A stretch of 64,000 nt of DNA from Macrostomum hystrix (lineage: Eukaryota > Animalia > Platyhelminthes), in contig CATNEN010000010.1 of the NCBI GenBank assembly GCA_950097015.1, positions 1 to 64,000 of the forward strand, in the 5' to 3' direction. Within the stretch, counting starts at the first letter, position 1; each line of letters starts with the position of its first letter. A model generated the notes under the pieces. It saw only the letters and a program-made list of their open reading frames with translations. It ran no database searches and was not told where the DNA came from. The position numbers were made by a program, and so were the translations under genes. Of this stretch, positions 1 through 12,141 are shown piece by piece.

Positions 1-528
1 GTAAAGTGAATGTTTGGCAAAGTGGCTGTGCAGCCAATCCCAAGTGCTTCTACCGGCATATCTTTTATTTTACTGTTTGGCTGCTATGGCATCTAAATAT
101 GCCTTGTGCTTGCACGCATGCAAACCAATATTTTAAGTGTCTCGTGCACTTCTTCATTTAGCCTTTGTGTTTGTACTATTGTTGTGCCGTGGGTTCGAGT
201 CCCGGACCTCTGGTGCTACGCCTTATACATCCATTCTGGGTTGCTCCTTGCTTGTTAATGAGCATTCTGTTATCGCTTAGATAGAAACTAGCCATTATTA
301 TCAGCCCTGAACTGTAGCTGTTACTGTTGTCCTAAGCTTTCTATTCTGTTCTATACGTCACATAGATCTTTCATTTACATATTTTCATATCCTTAAAAAA
401 ATCCTCAAATTTGCTCCAGCTCCAGTGACGCAACTGGGCAGTTCACCCGCAATTGACAGCTGTCATTCCCCTTTCATTTGTGTTATTTGCCCTTTTATAA
501 ACCTGTAAAATTCGCACCTGTCTCGCAG

Positions 529-3500
529 GCGAAGCCTACACTGTCAATACCCGGCAGTCGGAGGCCTGCGCCCAGATCGCCAAGCAGCAGACTCTCATCG
601 GCTGCCTGCAGCAGAGCCTGCAGTTCGTTGAGCAGGTGAAGTCCGCCATCCCGTTTGTCGTGGCCATGCTGGGCTCGTCCACCCAGAGTGACATCTTGGA
701 GGCCGTGGCCTTCCTGCTAGCCGGGGCACCAACAAGGCATGGCCGAGTGCGGCCCCGGCTTCAAGAAGATGCTGGGCCTCGTCTGGTCCAAGGAGGCCGC
801 CATCAAGCAGGCGGTGGTGTCCGCCTACGAGAAAATGTACACGGAGGTGTTCGTGGAGCCGGAGGCGGGCATCAAGCCAGATGACGCCGTTAAAATGCGC
901 GTGAACGGCATCGTGGGCAGCCTTAGCCAGCTCGTCTGCTCCGCCACCCTCGGCGACCTGCTGTCCCTGGAGAAGCTGGTGTGCGAGTTTGTCCGGTCCG
1001 GCGTCATCGATAAGCCTGTGGTGCAGGTCAGGGACCGAATCTGATCATTTTAGCACAATCTCATTTTGCCTGGTGTCAATCTGACCCTGCTTAATGTCAA
1101 TCTCACCCTACTTAACGTCAATCTTATCCTCCTTAACGTCAATCTCACCCTACTTAATGTCAATCTTAACACTAACAAAGTCAACCTTACGCAGTTCATT
1201 GGTTTCTTACCCTCTGGACTTAACTCAACCTAATCGATGTCAATCTCACCTTAAAAATGTAAATCTCACCCTAATCGATGTCAATCTCACCTTAAAAATG
1301 TAAATCTCACCCTAATCGATGTCAATCTCACCTTAAAAATGTAAATCTCACCCTAATCTATGTCGATTTGGGAATCGACGTCTATCTCCCCTAGTGGATT
1401 GTTAATCTCGCCATGGTATGTGCCAATCTCACACTATCAAATGGCAATCTTACCCTAATAGACGTCAATCTCATCCTATTGAATCTAATGCAATGTCGCG
1501 ATTTTCCGCCTCCATCTCTGCCAGGGAGCCTGGGATAAGTTTGCCCGCCGCATCGGCAACTCCAGCCAGGACCGGCGAGCCGCTGTCATTCTGCTGGGCA
1601 TGATGGCTGCCGAGGAGCCGGGCATTGTGCGGGCCAACACCCAGCTGCTGGTTAGCGAAGGCCTGTGCCTGGACTGCACCGACCTGCAGCTCGTGCAGTA
1701 CACCTGCGTAGCCCTGCAGCGCATTGCCGTCCTGCCTGCCAAGGCAAAAGCCGGCGCGGCTGGCGGCGCCCCCGCGTCAGCCACTGCCGCCGCTCAGGAG
1801 TCCTGCAGGATGCCCACCGACAGCGAGCTGTTCCAGCGGCTGCTGGATATTATTGTGACTTCGGCTGCTGGTGAAAGCCGCTTCTGGATGCCCATGATGG
1901 AACAGGTTGGACTCTTTGTTGGCATTCCTCAATTAAGATCAGATCTGAGATATTCCCTGATAGTTGAAAACTAAAATCCCATCCCGCAGGCGGTGTCCGT
2001 GATCTACACTCTGGCCGACTGTCCGGACAAGCTGGCTGTAAGCCTGATCCGGCGCATGGCCCGCCTTCTACTGGAAAGCGGCGGCGCCGGGGCCGACAAG
2101 GCGACCGACGGAGCGGAGGCGCCGCCATCGCAGGCCAACTTTGAACCGGCCGAAGCTGAAGCGGCCATTCCGCAGCCGCAACTGAGCCTGGCGTCCAGCA
2201 TGATGGCCAAATTCGTCGCCCTAATTGGCCACGTGGCGCTCAAGGTGCTCGTGCACCTGGAAGTTGCCGTGCTGGCCGAGTTGAAGCGACGCGCCGCGTT
2301 GAAGGAGGCCAACAAAGGCGGGGACAACAGCAGGGCTGGCAGCGCCTCGGCGGCCAAGGCCTCCAAGCGGAAGGTGGCTATGGCTGTTGACTGAGTGACT
2401 AGCTTATTTGGAATCAAGAATCAGAATCAGAGTCAGTAGGGTGAGATAGAATCAGTAGGGTGAGACAGAATCAGTAGGGTGACACAGAATCAGTAGGGTG
2501 ACACAGAATCAGTAGGGTGACACAGAATCAGTAGGGTGACACAGAATCAGTAGGGTGACACAGAATCAGTATGGTGAGACAGAATCAGTAGGGTGAGACA
2601 GAATCAGTAGGGTGAGACAGAATCAGTAGGGTGAGACAGAATCAGTAGGGTGAGACAGAATCAGTAGGGTGAGACAGAATCAGTAGGGTGAGACAGAATC
2701 AGTAGGGTGAGACAGAATCAGTAGGGTGAGATAGAATCAGTAGGGTGAGACAGAATCAGTAGGGTGAGATAGAATCAGTAGAGTGAGACAGAATCAGTAG
2801 GGTGAGATAGAATCAGTAGGGTGAGATAGAATCAGTAGGGTGAGACAGAATCAGTAGGGTGAGACAGAATCAGTAGGGTGAGACAGAATCAGTAGGGTGA
2901 GACAGAATCAGTAGGGTGAGACAGAATCAGTAGGGTGAGACAGAATCAGTAGGGTGAGACAGAATCAGTAGAGTGAGACAGAATCAGTAGGGTGAGACAG
3001 AATCAGTAGGGTGAGACAAAATCAGTAGGGTGAGACAGAATCAGTAGGGTGAGACAGAATCAGTAGGTTGAGACAGAATCAGTGAGTCAGAATCTCATCT
3101 CATCCACGTAACGGCCGCGCCCTCTCCCAATACCGCAGAGCGCGCAGCCGGTCTCGGCGGAGGAGGAGCTGGGCCTGGAGGGCGCCTCAGCCGATGACCA
3201 GGAGGCGGAGCAGATCCGGCGCCTGCTAGACACGGTGCTGCTGTACGATGACCGGCACCTGCTCAGCTACCTGGCCCCCCTGGTTGTGCACGTATGCCAG
3301 CAGCCGGCCGCCTTCCAGTCCGAGCAGCTGCAGGCCGCGGCCAGCCTGGCCCTGGCGAAGCTCATGCTGGTATCCGCCAACTTCTGCGATCAGCACCTGT
3401 GCCTGCTGTTCACCTTGGCCGAGAACAGCCAGTCCGAGGTCATCCGCGCCAACCTCATCGTGGCCCTGGGCGACCTGGCCAAGCGCTTTCCTAACCTCAT

Positions 3501-5641
3501 CGAGCCCTGGACCGCCAGCCTCTACGGCCGGCTGCGCGACGCCAGCGCCCGGGTCCGGCTGAACGCCCTGAACACCCTGAGCCACCTCATCCTGAACGAC
3601 ATGATCAAGGTGAAGGGCCAGATCAGCGAGATGACCACCTGTATCTGCGACAGCCAGTCCCGCATCGCCCACCTGGCCAAGCTGTTCTTCTCCGAGCTGT
3701 CTAACAAGGGCAACGCGCTCTACAATGTGCTGCCGGACATCATCAACCGGCTGAGCGACTCTGAGATTAACGAGGCCCAGTTCAAGGTTAGTGGACTGGC
3801 TTGGGGTCTGTTTTATCCTCAAATCAGAGCCTGTATTCTCTAATCAGAGCCTGTATTATCCTCTAATCAGAGCCTGTATTATCCTCTAATCAAAGCCTGT
3901 ATTATCCTCTAATCAAAGCCTGTATTATCCTCTAATCATTACCTGTATTATCCTCTAATCAGAGCCTTTATTCTCTAATCAAAGCCTGTATTATCCTCTA
4001 ATCATTACCTGTATCATCCTCTAATCATTACCTGTATTATCCTCTAATCAAAGCCTGTATTATCCTCTAATCAAAGCCTGTATTATCCTCTAATCAAAGC
4101 CTGTATTATCCTCTAATCAAAGCCTGTATTCTCTAATCAGAGCCTGTATTCTCTAATCAGAGCCTGTATTATCCTGTAATCAAAGACTGTATTATCCTCT
4201 AATCAAAGCCTGTATTATCCTCTAATCAAAGCCTGTATTCTCTAATCAGAGCCTGTATTCTCTAATCAGAGCCTGTATTCTCTAATCAGAGCCTGTATTA
4301 TCCTGTAATCAAAGCCTGTATTATCCTCTAATCAAAGCCTGTATTCTCTAATCAGAGCCTGTATTCTCTAATCAGAGCCTGTATTATCCTCTAATCAAAG
4401 CCTGTATTATCCTCTAATCAAAGCCTGTATTCTCTAATCAGAGCCTGTATTCTCTAATCAGAGCCTGTATTATCCTGTAATCAAAGCCTGTATTATCCTC
4501 TAATCAAAGCCTGTATTATCCTCTAATCAAAGACTGTATTATCCTCTAATCAAAGCCTGTATTCTCTAATCAGAGCCTGTATTATCCTGTAATCAAAGCC
4601 TGTATTATCCTCTAATCAAAGCCTGTATTATCCTCTAATCAAAGCCTGTATTATCCTCTAATCAAAGCCTGTATTCTCTAATCAGAGCCTGTATTCTCTA
4701 ATCAGAGCCTGTATTATCCTGTAATCAAAGCCTGTATTATCCTCTAATCAAAGCCTGTATTATCCTCTAATCAAAGACTGTATTATCCTCTAATCAAAGC
4801 CTGTATTCTCTAATCAGAGCCTGTATTCTCTAATCAGAGCCTGTATTATCCTCTAATTATTGCCTATATTATCCTCTAATCATTGCCTGTATTATCCTCA
4901 AATCAGAGCCTGTATTATCCTCTAAAAAGAGTCTGTATTACAAGCCTAACAATGAGTTTCTTCCCCTTCCGTTCATGGCCGCCTTAGGAGATCTGCGACT
5001 TCCTGTTCCCGCTGGTTCGCGGCGAGAGGCACTGCGAGCAGCTGGTGGAGAAGCTCTGCATCCGCCTCCGGGGCCTGGAGAATCCCAGACAGTGGCGCGA
5101 CTTCGCCTACTGCCTGAACCTCATGACCTACAGCGAGCGGATGCTGCGCAAGCTGCTGGAGAACATCGCCACCTTCTCCGACAAGCTACACGAGGCGGAG
5201 GTGTACAACTGCTTCAAGTCCATCACGGCCAACGCTGGCAGAGCCGCTCCTCAGGGCGGTCCCGCGGCTGCAGCCGCTGCCGCTGCCGCAGGCGGCGGTT
5301 CCCAGCAGGTCGGCGGCGGTGGGGGCACTGGCGACATGGCTGGAGTCCTGGCCGAGCTGAACGCCAAGATTGAGGAGTTTCACGTCAAGCAGGTGGACAA
5401 CGAGGAGGCGATGCAGCGTGCTGAGAAGGCCGCCAAAAAGGCTCAGCAGAGGCGCAAGAGATCCAGCACCGCCGCCAACACCACGGCCGCAGCCGCCATC
5501 GCTGCTGCTGCCGCCGCCGCAGCCGCCGGTGATGAAGAAGCACCTGCCGGACCTTCGGGTGGCGTTCGCGGGGGCAGCAAGCGAAGGGCGGCCGCCGCTG
5601 CCAGAAGGAGGACGGCGGTGTTTAGCGACGATAGCGAGTGA
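529..5641 (+). CDS. NCAPD2: Condensin I complex subunit 1 (CAP-D2/Cnd1), 3' portion; 5' exons lie upstream of the window
   Basis: Exons 529-1026, 1525-1905, 1990-2373, 3139-3786, 4988-5641, all GT-AG and phase-compatible. Peptides match CAP-D2 motifs as I remember them: KKMLGLVWSKE, EEELGLEGASADDQEAE, VIRANLIVALGDLAKRFPNLIEPWT, LILNDMIKVKGQISEM, GNALYNVLPDIINRLSD, LVEKLCIR. Exon 529-1026 needs one G removed at 723-726 to stay in frame. Confidence 0.93.
1075..1480. repeat. Degenerate intronic minisatellite (~21-bp GTCAATCTCACC-containing units, partly 42-bp dimers)
   Basis: Recurrent gtcaatctcacc/gtaaatctcacc motifs inside NCAPD2 intron 1027-1524. Confidence 0.75.
2430..3083. repeat. 19-bp minisatellite (GAATCAGTAGGGTGAGACA), ~34 copies
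   Basis: Direct reading, period 19 (2449 to 2468); inside NCAPD2 intron 2374-3138. Confidence 0.97.
3822..4925. repeat. Mixed 23/20-bp minisatellite (CTCTAATCAAAGCCTGTATTATC / CTCTAATCAGAGCCTGTATT)
   Basis: Two length variants interleaved inside NCAPD2 intron 3787-4987. Confidence 0.95.
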
Positions 5642-5658
5642 CGGCCCGTTGCCACAGT

Positions 5659-5890
5659 GGCGGCGCAGCCAAACCATACACACCATAAGATCACAGCAAG
5701 CCAATGGCGGCGCAGCCAAACCATACACACCATAAGATCACAGCAAGCCAATGGCGGCGCAGCCAAACTATACACACCATAAGATCACAGCAAGCCAATG
5801 GCGGCGCAGCCAAACTATACACACCATAAGATCACAGCAAGCCAATGGCGGCGCAGCCAAACCATACACACCATAAGATCACAGCAAGCC
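5659..5890. repeat. 47-bp tandem repeat x5 just after the NCAPD2 stop codon
   Basis: GGCGGCGCAGCCAAACCATACACACCATAAGATCACAGCAAGCCAAT starts at 5659, 5706, 5753, 5800 and 5847. Confidence 0.95.
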
Positions 5891-6668
5891 AAAGGACAAG
5901 TACATCTAAATGTACGTGTGGAATAGACACCTCAAGTTTAATAATCCAGTGCAATTTTCTACAGGATAAGAAGTGTAGTATTTTTATTCGAAATGTGAAT
6001 ATTCTAAAAGAAGTCGCAATGCTATTGTCTACTCTATGTAATTCTTCTCTTTTGTGGGCCCTAATGCTTCAGTGTTTTCTTATTTAGTCCAGCAATTCAT
6101 TTGTTTACTGCTGTTATTGTTGTGATCTCATACGGCTCAATTGTACTCGTAGTCGCCAGGTTGCTTAATAGTGTCGCATTTTTATCGGCAAGCATAACAG
6201 CTGATTTGTAAGTGTTGCAAGTGCATCTTTGTTCCCTTGATATTTTATTAACAGATATAGCTAAGCAATCAACAGTGTGTGGCCAGAACTTACATTTAAA
6301 TATCAGTAGCAGTAATCGGCAGCTACAAAAACTGTGCATTCAATTTAATAATTGTGCGGCATTTTCAAAGCTTGTATTTTTCTACACAACTAATATATTC
6401 AGACGGGAGCATAAGTATTACTCCGTTAAACATGAGCTTGCCTGTTCAATTCTGTGCTCTGTCTGTTAAAAACTTGCCTTTTTTCTAGTACAACTATTTC
6501 ATTTTAGAGACCAGTAATATAGCTTAGTTAATACTGGATACGAGCTAAAACAGCCTCATCGGGTACGTATCGAATCCGCAAATGGCAAAGTTCAGTATTG
6601 GTCAACAAAAAATAATATTTAATTAGGAATGTGAGCTGGTTGGCCAACTAAAATCGATAGCAGCCACC

Positions 6669-9600
6669 TTAAACTGAATCAGACTGCTCGGAATCTGAGC
6701 ATTCATCTTCCTTCTGCTGCTCAGCGATCCACGCCAGTATCAGCTGCGCATCTTCATTCTGCGCCGCGTATTGCGCAACCGTCAGGCCCTTCGAGTCCTT
6801 CAGCTCGTGGAACGCGGCCACTCCCAGGCAGTTCTTGATGAGGCTCAGCGACTCCAGGCCCTGGTACCTGGCTGCCAGGTGGGCGGGGCTTCGGCCCTTC
6901 GAATCTTTGTCCAGCAGGCAGTCCTTGCCGAAATTGTTGACACACCAGACCAGTGCGGAGCTGCTTCTCACGTTCTGAGCGGCCATGTGCGCCAGGGTCC
7001 AGTTGGCATTGCCTCTGCTGCGCATGGCCTCCTTGCCGATGCTGTCAGCGATGAAATTCAGGGAGTCCTTGCCCTGAAGATGGGGCAGTAGGACCACTGA
7101 TTCGGGTGGCCTCATATGATCTTCCCGCCCGGCCCTCCCATCTGCTGCTCACCTGCTTCCCGCCCGGCCCTCCCATCTGCTGCTCACCTGCTTCCCGCCC
7201 TGCCCTCCCATCTGCTGCTCACCTGCTTCCCGCCCTGCCCTCCCATCTGCTGATCACCTGCTTCCCGCCCTGCCCTCCCATCTGCTGATCACCTGCTTCC
7301 CGCCCTGCCCTCCCATCTGCTGATCACCTGCTTCCCGCCCTGCCCTCCCATCAGCTGATCACCTGCTTCCCGCCCTGCCCTCCCATCTGCTGCTCACCTG
7401 CTTCCCGCCCTGCCCTACCATCTGCTGCTCACCTGCTTCCCGCCCTGCCCTCCCATCTGCTGCTCACCTGCTTCCCGCCCTGCCCTCCCATCTGCTGCTC
7501 ACCTGCTTCCATGCGGCCAGGTGGGCCACCGTGTTGCCCTGGTCATCGGTCTCGCTCAGCCGGCCGCTGCCGCACTGCTCCACCAGCCACTTGAGTGCCG
7601 AGTTGCCGGCGGTGTTCAGCGCCGCCTTGTGCAACACGGAGCGGCCGCACTGGCCCCGCGCGTCGAAGCAGCGGGCTCCCAGATGGCTCTTTGCCAGCGC
7701 CATTGACTCCGCGCCCTGCTTCCATGCAGCCAGGTGAACCGGCGTATTGCCGAAGTATGTCAGCTCCAGCAGGCTGTCTGCTCCTAGCTTGTCCACCAGC
7801 CACTTGAGAGCCGAGATGCCGCTTCGGTTCATGGCAGCCCAGTGCATGGCCTTCCTCTCGAACTGGCCTCTCTGCTGGAAGCATTCCGCGCCAAGGCTCT
7901 GCTTCATCAGTACCATGGAGTCCGCGCCCTGCTTCCACGCGGCCAGGTGAACCGGCGTGTTGCCAAACGCATCCACCGCCGTCAGGCAGTCCCGGCCGCA
8001 TCGCCTGTAGTTAAATGATCGCCTGTCTATATCTATGTCTCTCCCCTTACAATGTCTCACTCCTCACAATGTCTCACTCCTCACAATGTCTCACTCCTCA
8101 TAACGACCCATTCATACTCGCACATCAGTGACTGACATCCAGTCTGAGCTTCAACTGGTTTTTCACCGACCAATGTCTGGTGATTCTCAATTCGGATCCT
8201 CATCCCGGGGACGAGCTTGCGCAGGCATCCTGAGTGCACTTGAAGTTATTTTACCTGGCCATCAACTTGAGCGCCGAGCTGTCCCTGGAGTTCATGGCAG
8301 CCGAATGCACCACCGTCCGTCTCCATTTGCCCCGCCGTTTTAAGCAGTCCGGGCCCAGCTGGCGCAGCGCCACCCTCATCAACCAGGTGCCCACCTGGTG
8401 CCTCGCTGCCAGGTGCAGCACAGTGTCGCCATTGCTGTCCGCCACCTCCAGACTCGCTCGACCGCACTCGTTGACGAGCCAGGTCAGCACGGAGCTGTTG
8501 TCCTGCGAGCGCAATGAGTCAGGGATTGTGACTAGTTGTCAATTTATTATGAATACACGTGTCATTGATAAAGAAATGAAGATGTCAGGGATAACGAACG
8601 CAGGTTGATCGTCAGTCGCACCAGGTTAGCAGCCGCGCAGTGGATCGGGGTGCGGCCGCACCTGCCTGGCCAGAGAAAGCAGGCATTGCTGCCGAGTTCA
8701 TTCTTAATCAGCTGCAGCGAGTCCACGCCCTGGTGCCAGGCCGCAAGGTGCACCGGCGTGAAGCCGAACTGGTCGGGCACCGTCAGGCAGCGGCTGCCGA
8801 ACTCCCTGACAAGCCATTTCAGCGCCGAGTTGCTGCGCTTGTTCTGAGCGGCGCAGTGCGCCGGTGTCCGCCCTGACCTGCCAGCCAGCTGGAAGCAGCC
8901 GAGGCCGCCGTGGCGCCCGGTATCTTGCAGGCTATTCAAGATCAGCTGCAGCCAGGCGTAGCTCTGGTAGCGGGCAGCGCAATGCACGGGGGTGTCCCCG
9001 CTGGAGTTCCGGCTCTCCAGCAGGTCGGGGCCCAGCCGGCTGAGCAGCGCGGCGAAGCTCTGGGCGCTGCTGGAGCGGCAGGCCACCTGGTGGGCCACCG
9101 GCTGGGCGGGCGGTTCGGAGTCGGCGTTGAGGCTCGAGACTGTCACAATGATGTTCCTGATGGGGTTCGGCATCGGGGTAGACTCTGCGAGAGTTTCATC
9201 CCTGCCTGTTTTTGGGTTGTTCAGTTTCAGGAAGTTTTATCCCTGCCTGTTTTCTGGGTTGTTCAGTTTCAGGAAGTTTTATCCCTGCCTGTTTTCTGGG
9301 TTGTTCAGTTTCAGGAAGTTTTATCCCTGCCTGTTTTCTGGGTTGTTCAGTTTCAGGAAGTTTTATCCCTGCCTGTTTTCTGGGTTGTTCAGTTTCAGGA
9401 AGTTTTATCCCTGCCTGTTTTCTGGGTTGTTCAGTTTCAGGAAGTTTTATCCCTGCCTGTTTTCTGGGTTGCTCAGTTTCAGGAAGTTTTATCCCTGCCT
9501 GTTTTCTGGGTTGCTCAGTTTCAGGAAGTTTTATCCCTGCCTGTTTTTGGGTTGCTCAGTTTCAGGAAGTTTTATCCCTGCCTGTTTTCTGGGTTGTTCA

Positions 9601-9964
9601 GTTTCAGGAAGTTTTATCCCTGCCACAAAGGAGAATAATTCTGACAATACCGGGAGGTATTGTGATTCTCTAGGAGCCCTACATTCCTATTCCTTCATTG
9701 TGCCAGTATAAAGGTCAAGCTGCCTCTTGACAGCGTAAACCTTCGTGAAAATAGACTCCGCTAAACATCCAGCCAGGTATTAGAACTTTTCGGATGCAAA
9801 CTCACTACTAATTATAGCTTTCTTTAAGTAGTAACAAAGCATTTTGTCCACGTGCTCAGCTACAGCACAGAAAATTTTCGATCTCACTTGTCCAGTTTGC
9901 CGCACAGCCGCAGCAGCTGCTCGGAATCGCCGTCCTGCAGGGCGGAAACTAGTTTAGCCTCCAT
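6669..9964 (-). CDS. Ankyrin-repeat protein (~588 aa, ~15 alternating repeats)
   Basis: Exons (minus) 9964-9888, 9156-8622, 8502-8255, 8004-7503, 7073-6669 total 1767 nt (589 codons), all GT-AG with matching phases. Repeated G-x-T-P-x-H-x-A-A ankyrin cores. Starts MEAKLVSALQDGD and ends at TAA 6671-6669. Confidence 0.85.
7118..7510 (-). repeat. 35-bp minisatellite containing the exon/intron junction, ~11 copies
   Basis: Minus-strand unit GTGAGCAGCAGATGGGAGGGCAGGGCGGGAAGCAG; its last 8 nt equal the end of the upstream ankyrin exon. Confidence 0.93.
9198..9624. repeat. 42-bp minisatellite, ~10 copies
   Basis: ATCCCTGCCTGTTTTCTGGGTTGTTCAGTTTCAGGAAGTTTT in ankyrin-gene intron 1; explains the periodic ORFs 8910-9711. 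Confidence 0.96.
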
Positions 9965-10204
9965 AGTTCTGGCACAGTACAGCCGGGGCCTTCAGGGCAG
10001 GCAGAGACTATTTATCAGCTCTCTCAGTGTTAGCAAACTCTTAGCTCGAATCGCATTGGCTGGACAGAATATTTTCTTTAACCGAAAAACAGCTTTCGTC
10101 TGCGTGACAGTGTCTCCCTCACGACTTGGCCTGCTTAATTTTCATTGAGCACAGCTGCTTCATCACTTATAGCCAACATCCGCGTCATTTGAGAACAGGC
10201 GCCC

Positions 10205-11300
10205 TACCCTCCCTCCGACACACACTGAACCCTCCCTCCGACACACACTGAACCCTCCCTCCGACACACACTGAACCCTCCCTCCGACACACACTGAACC
10301 CTCCCTCCGACACACACTGAACCCTCCCTCCGACACACACTGAACCCTCCCTCCGACACACACTGAACCCTCCCTCCGACACACACTGAACCCTCCCTCC
10401 GACACACACTGAACCCTCCCTCCGACACACACTGAACCCTCCCTCCGACACACACTGAACCCTCCCTCCGACACACACTGAACCCTCCCTCCGACACACA
10501 CTGAACCCTCCCTCCGACACACACTGAACCCTCCCTCCGAAAGACACTGAACCCTCCCTCCGACACACACTGAACCCTCCCTCCGACACACACTGAACCC
10601 TCCCTCCGACACACACTGAACCCTCCCTCCGACACACACTGAACCCTCCCTCCGACACACACTGAACCCTCCCTCCGACACACACTTAACCCTCCCTCCG
10701 ACACACACTGAACCCTCCCTCCGACACACACTGAACCCTCCCTCCGACACACACTGAACCCTCCCTCCGACACACACTTAACCCTCCCTCCGACACACAC
10801 TGAACCCTCCCTCCGAAAGACACTGAACCCTCCCTCCGACACACACTGAACCCTCCCTCCGACACACACTGAACCCTCCCTCCGACACACACTGAACCCT
10901 CCCTCCGACACACACTGAACCCTCCCTCCGAAAGACACTGAACCCTCCCTCCGACACACACTGAACCCTCCCTCCGACACACACTGAACCCTCCCTCCGA
11001 CACACACTGAACCCTCCCTCCGACACACACTGAACCCTCCCTCCGACACACACTGAACCCTCCCTCCGACACACACTGAACCCTCCCTCCGACACACACT
11101 GAACCCTCCCTCCGACACACACTGAACCCTCCCTCCGACACACACTGAACCCTCCCTCCGACACACACTGAACCCTCCCTCCGACACACACTGAACCCTC
11201 CCTCCGACACACACTGAACCCTCCCTCCGACACACACTGAACCCTCCCTCCGACACACACTGAACCCTCCCTCCGACACACACTGAACCCTCCCTCCGAC
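10205..11300. repeat. 23-bp minisatellite (CCCTCCCTCCGACACACACTGAA), ~47 copies
   Basis: Direct reading; explains the CVGGRVQ/EGGFSV repeat ORFs. Confidence 0.97.
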
Positions 11301-12141
11301 AACACACACTAAACTCTCATTGTCAGCAGTATTCCAGTTTAAAAAAGCTTTAGTTAAACATTTATTGCAGATGTTTAGAAATGCTGCTACTTCGAGTATG
11401 TTAAATTTCATTCACAGCCCCAATGCATTTTCTGGCTACTCTCTCGCGTAGAAGTCCATCTTTATTTTTCCACAACTTATCCATTAGAAAGACTTTCTGA
11501 GTTTGAGCTCCACTTAACAACAGACTGGCAGCAAAGTTATTGTTTAATCTGAGTGCTACGTACTGACATCTCTGAACTCAGAGCTGTGCTCAAAAGCTCA
11601 TTTGTTAGAGTTTCCAGTCCCGCAGTCGACAATAATCTCGGTGAAGCAAGGCAAAAAACTGGATAGAAAATTTTCTGCTACGCTGCTTTTTCAGAACAAA
11701 AGGTTCGCTTGGGTGAGAGCGACTGCCCCCGCGATGGAGAGCGGAGATCGAGAAACTCAGGAGGAGGAAGCCAGCTTGCAGCTAGTGTCCGGCCACGCTC
11801 TGCACCCGCCACAGCTTTGACACCCTAGAGCCTTCGGACCTCTAGACCAATCTTATTAGCTAGCGGGCCAAAGAGAGAACCTAAAAGACGATAGCGGGCC
11901 GCATTCACTGTAGAAATCTGAGATAGATATGAGACAGAGAAGATATGACAGGGGGAAATCAAACACAGGAGAGATGAGACACATGATAGATGAGACACGG
12001 GATAGATGAGACACGGGATAGATGAGACACGGGATAGATGAAGCAGGATGTTTTAGGTGTCGGAAGGGGCAAAGGGCCGGTTATGGGAGCTTGGAGGGCC
12101 GCATCAGGCCCGCGGGCCGGAGTTTGCCGTTAGCAGCTCTA

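Noticed and set aside
186-206. GGTTCGAGTCC tRNA B-box / T-arm motif
   Set aside because: Isolated: no convincing A-box, acceptor stem or anticodon arm. At most a SINE/tRNA fragment.
3226-3822. Antisense ORFs over NCAPD2, MAP9, GPCR and RPGR exons
   Set aside because: Expected shadows of GC-rich codon usage; no independent splice signals or family motifs.
10163-11411. Cys-rich repeat ORFs (CVGGRVQ...)
   Set aside because: Translations of a 23-bp minisatellite cycling through frames; no splice or start context.
11310-11640. Short protein-like minus-strand fragments next to the 23-bp array
   Set aside because: Interrupted by stops and not assignable; cannot be supported as a pseudogene.
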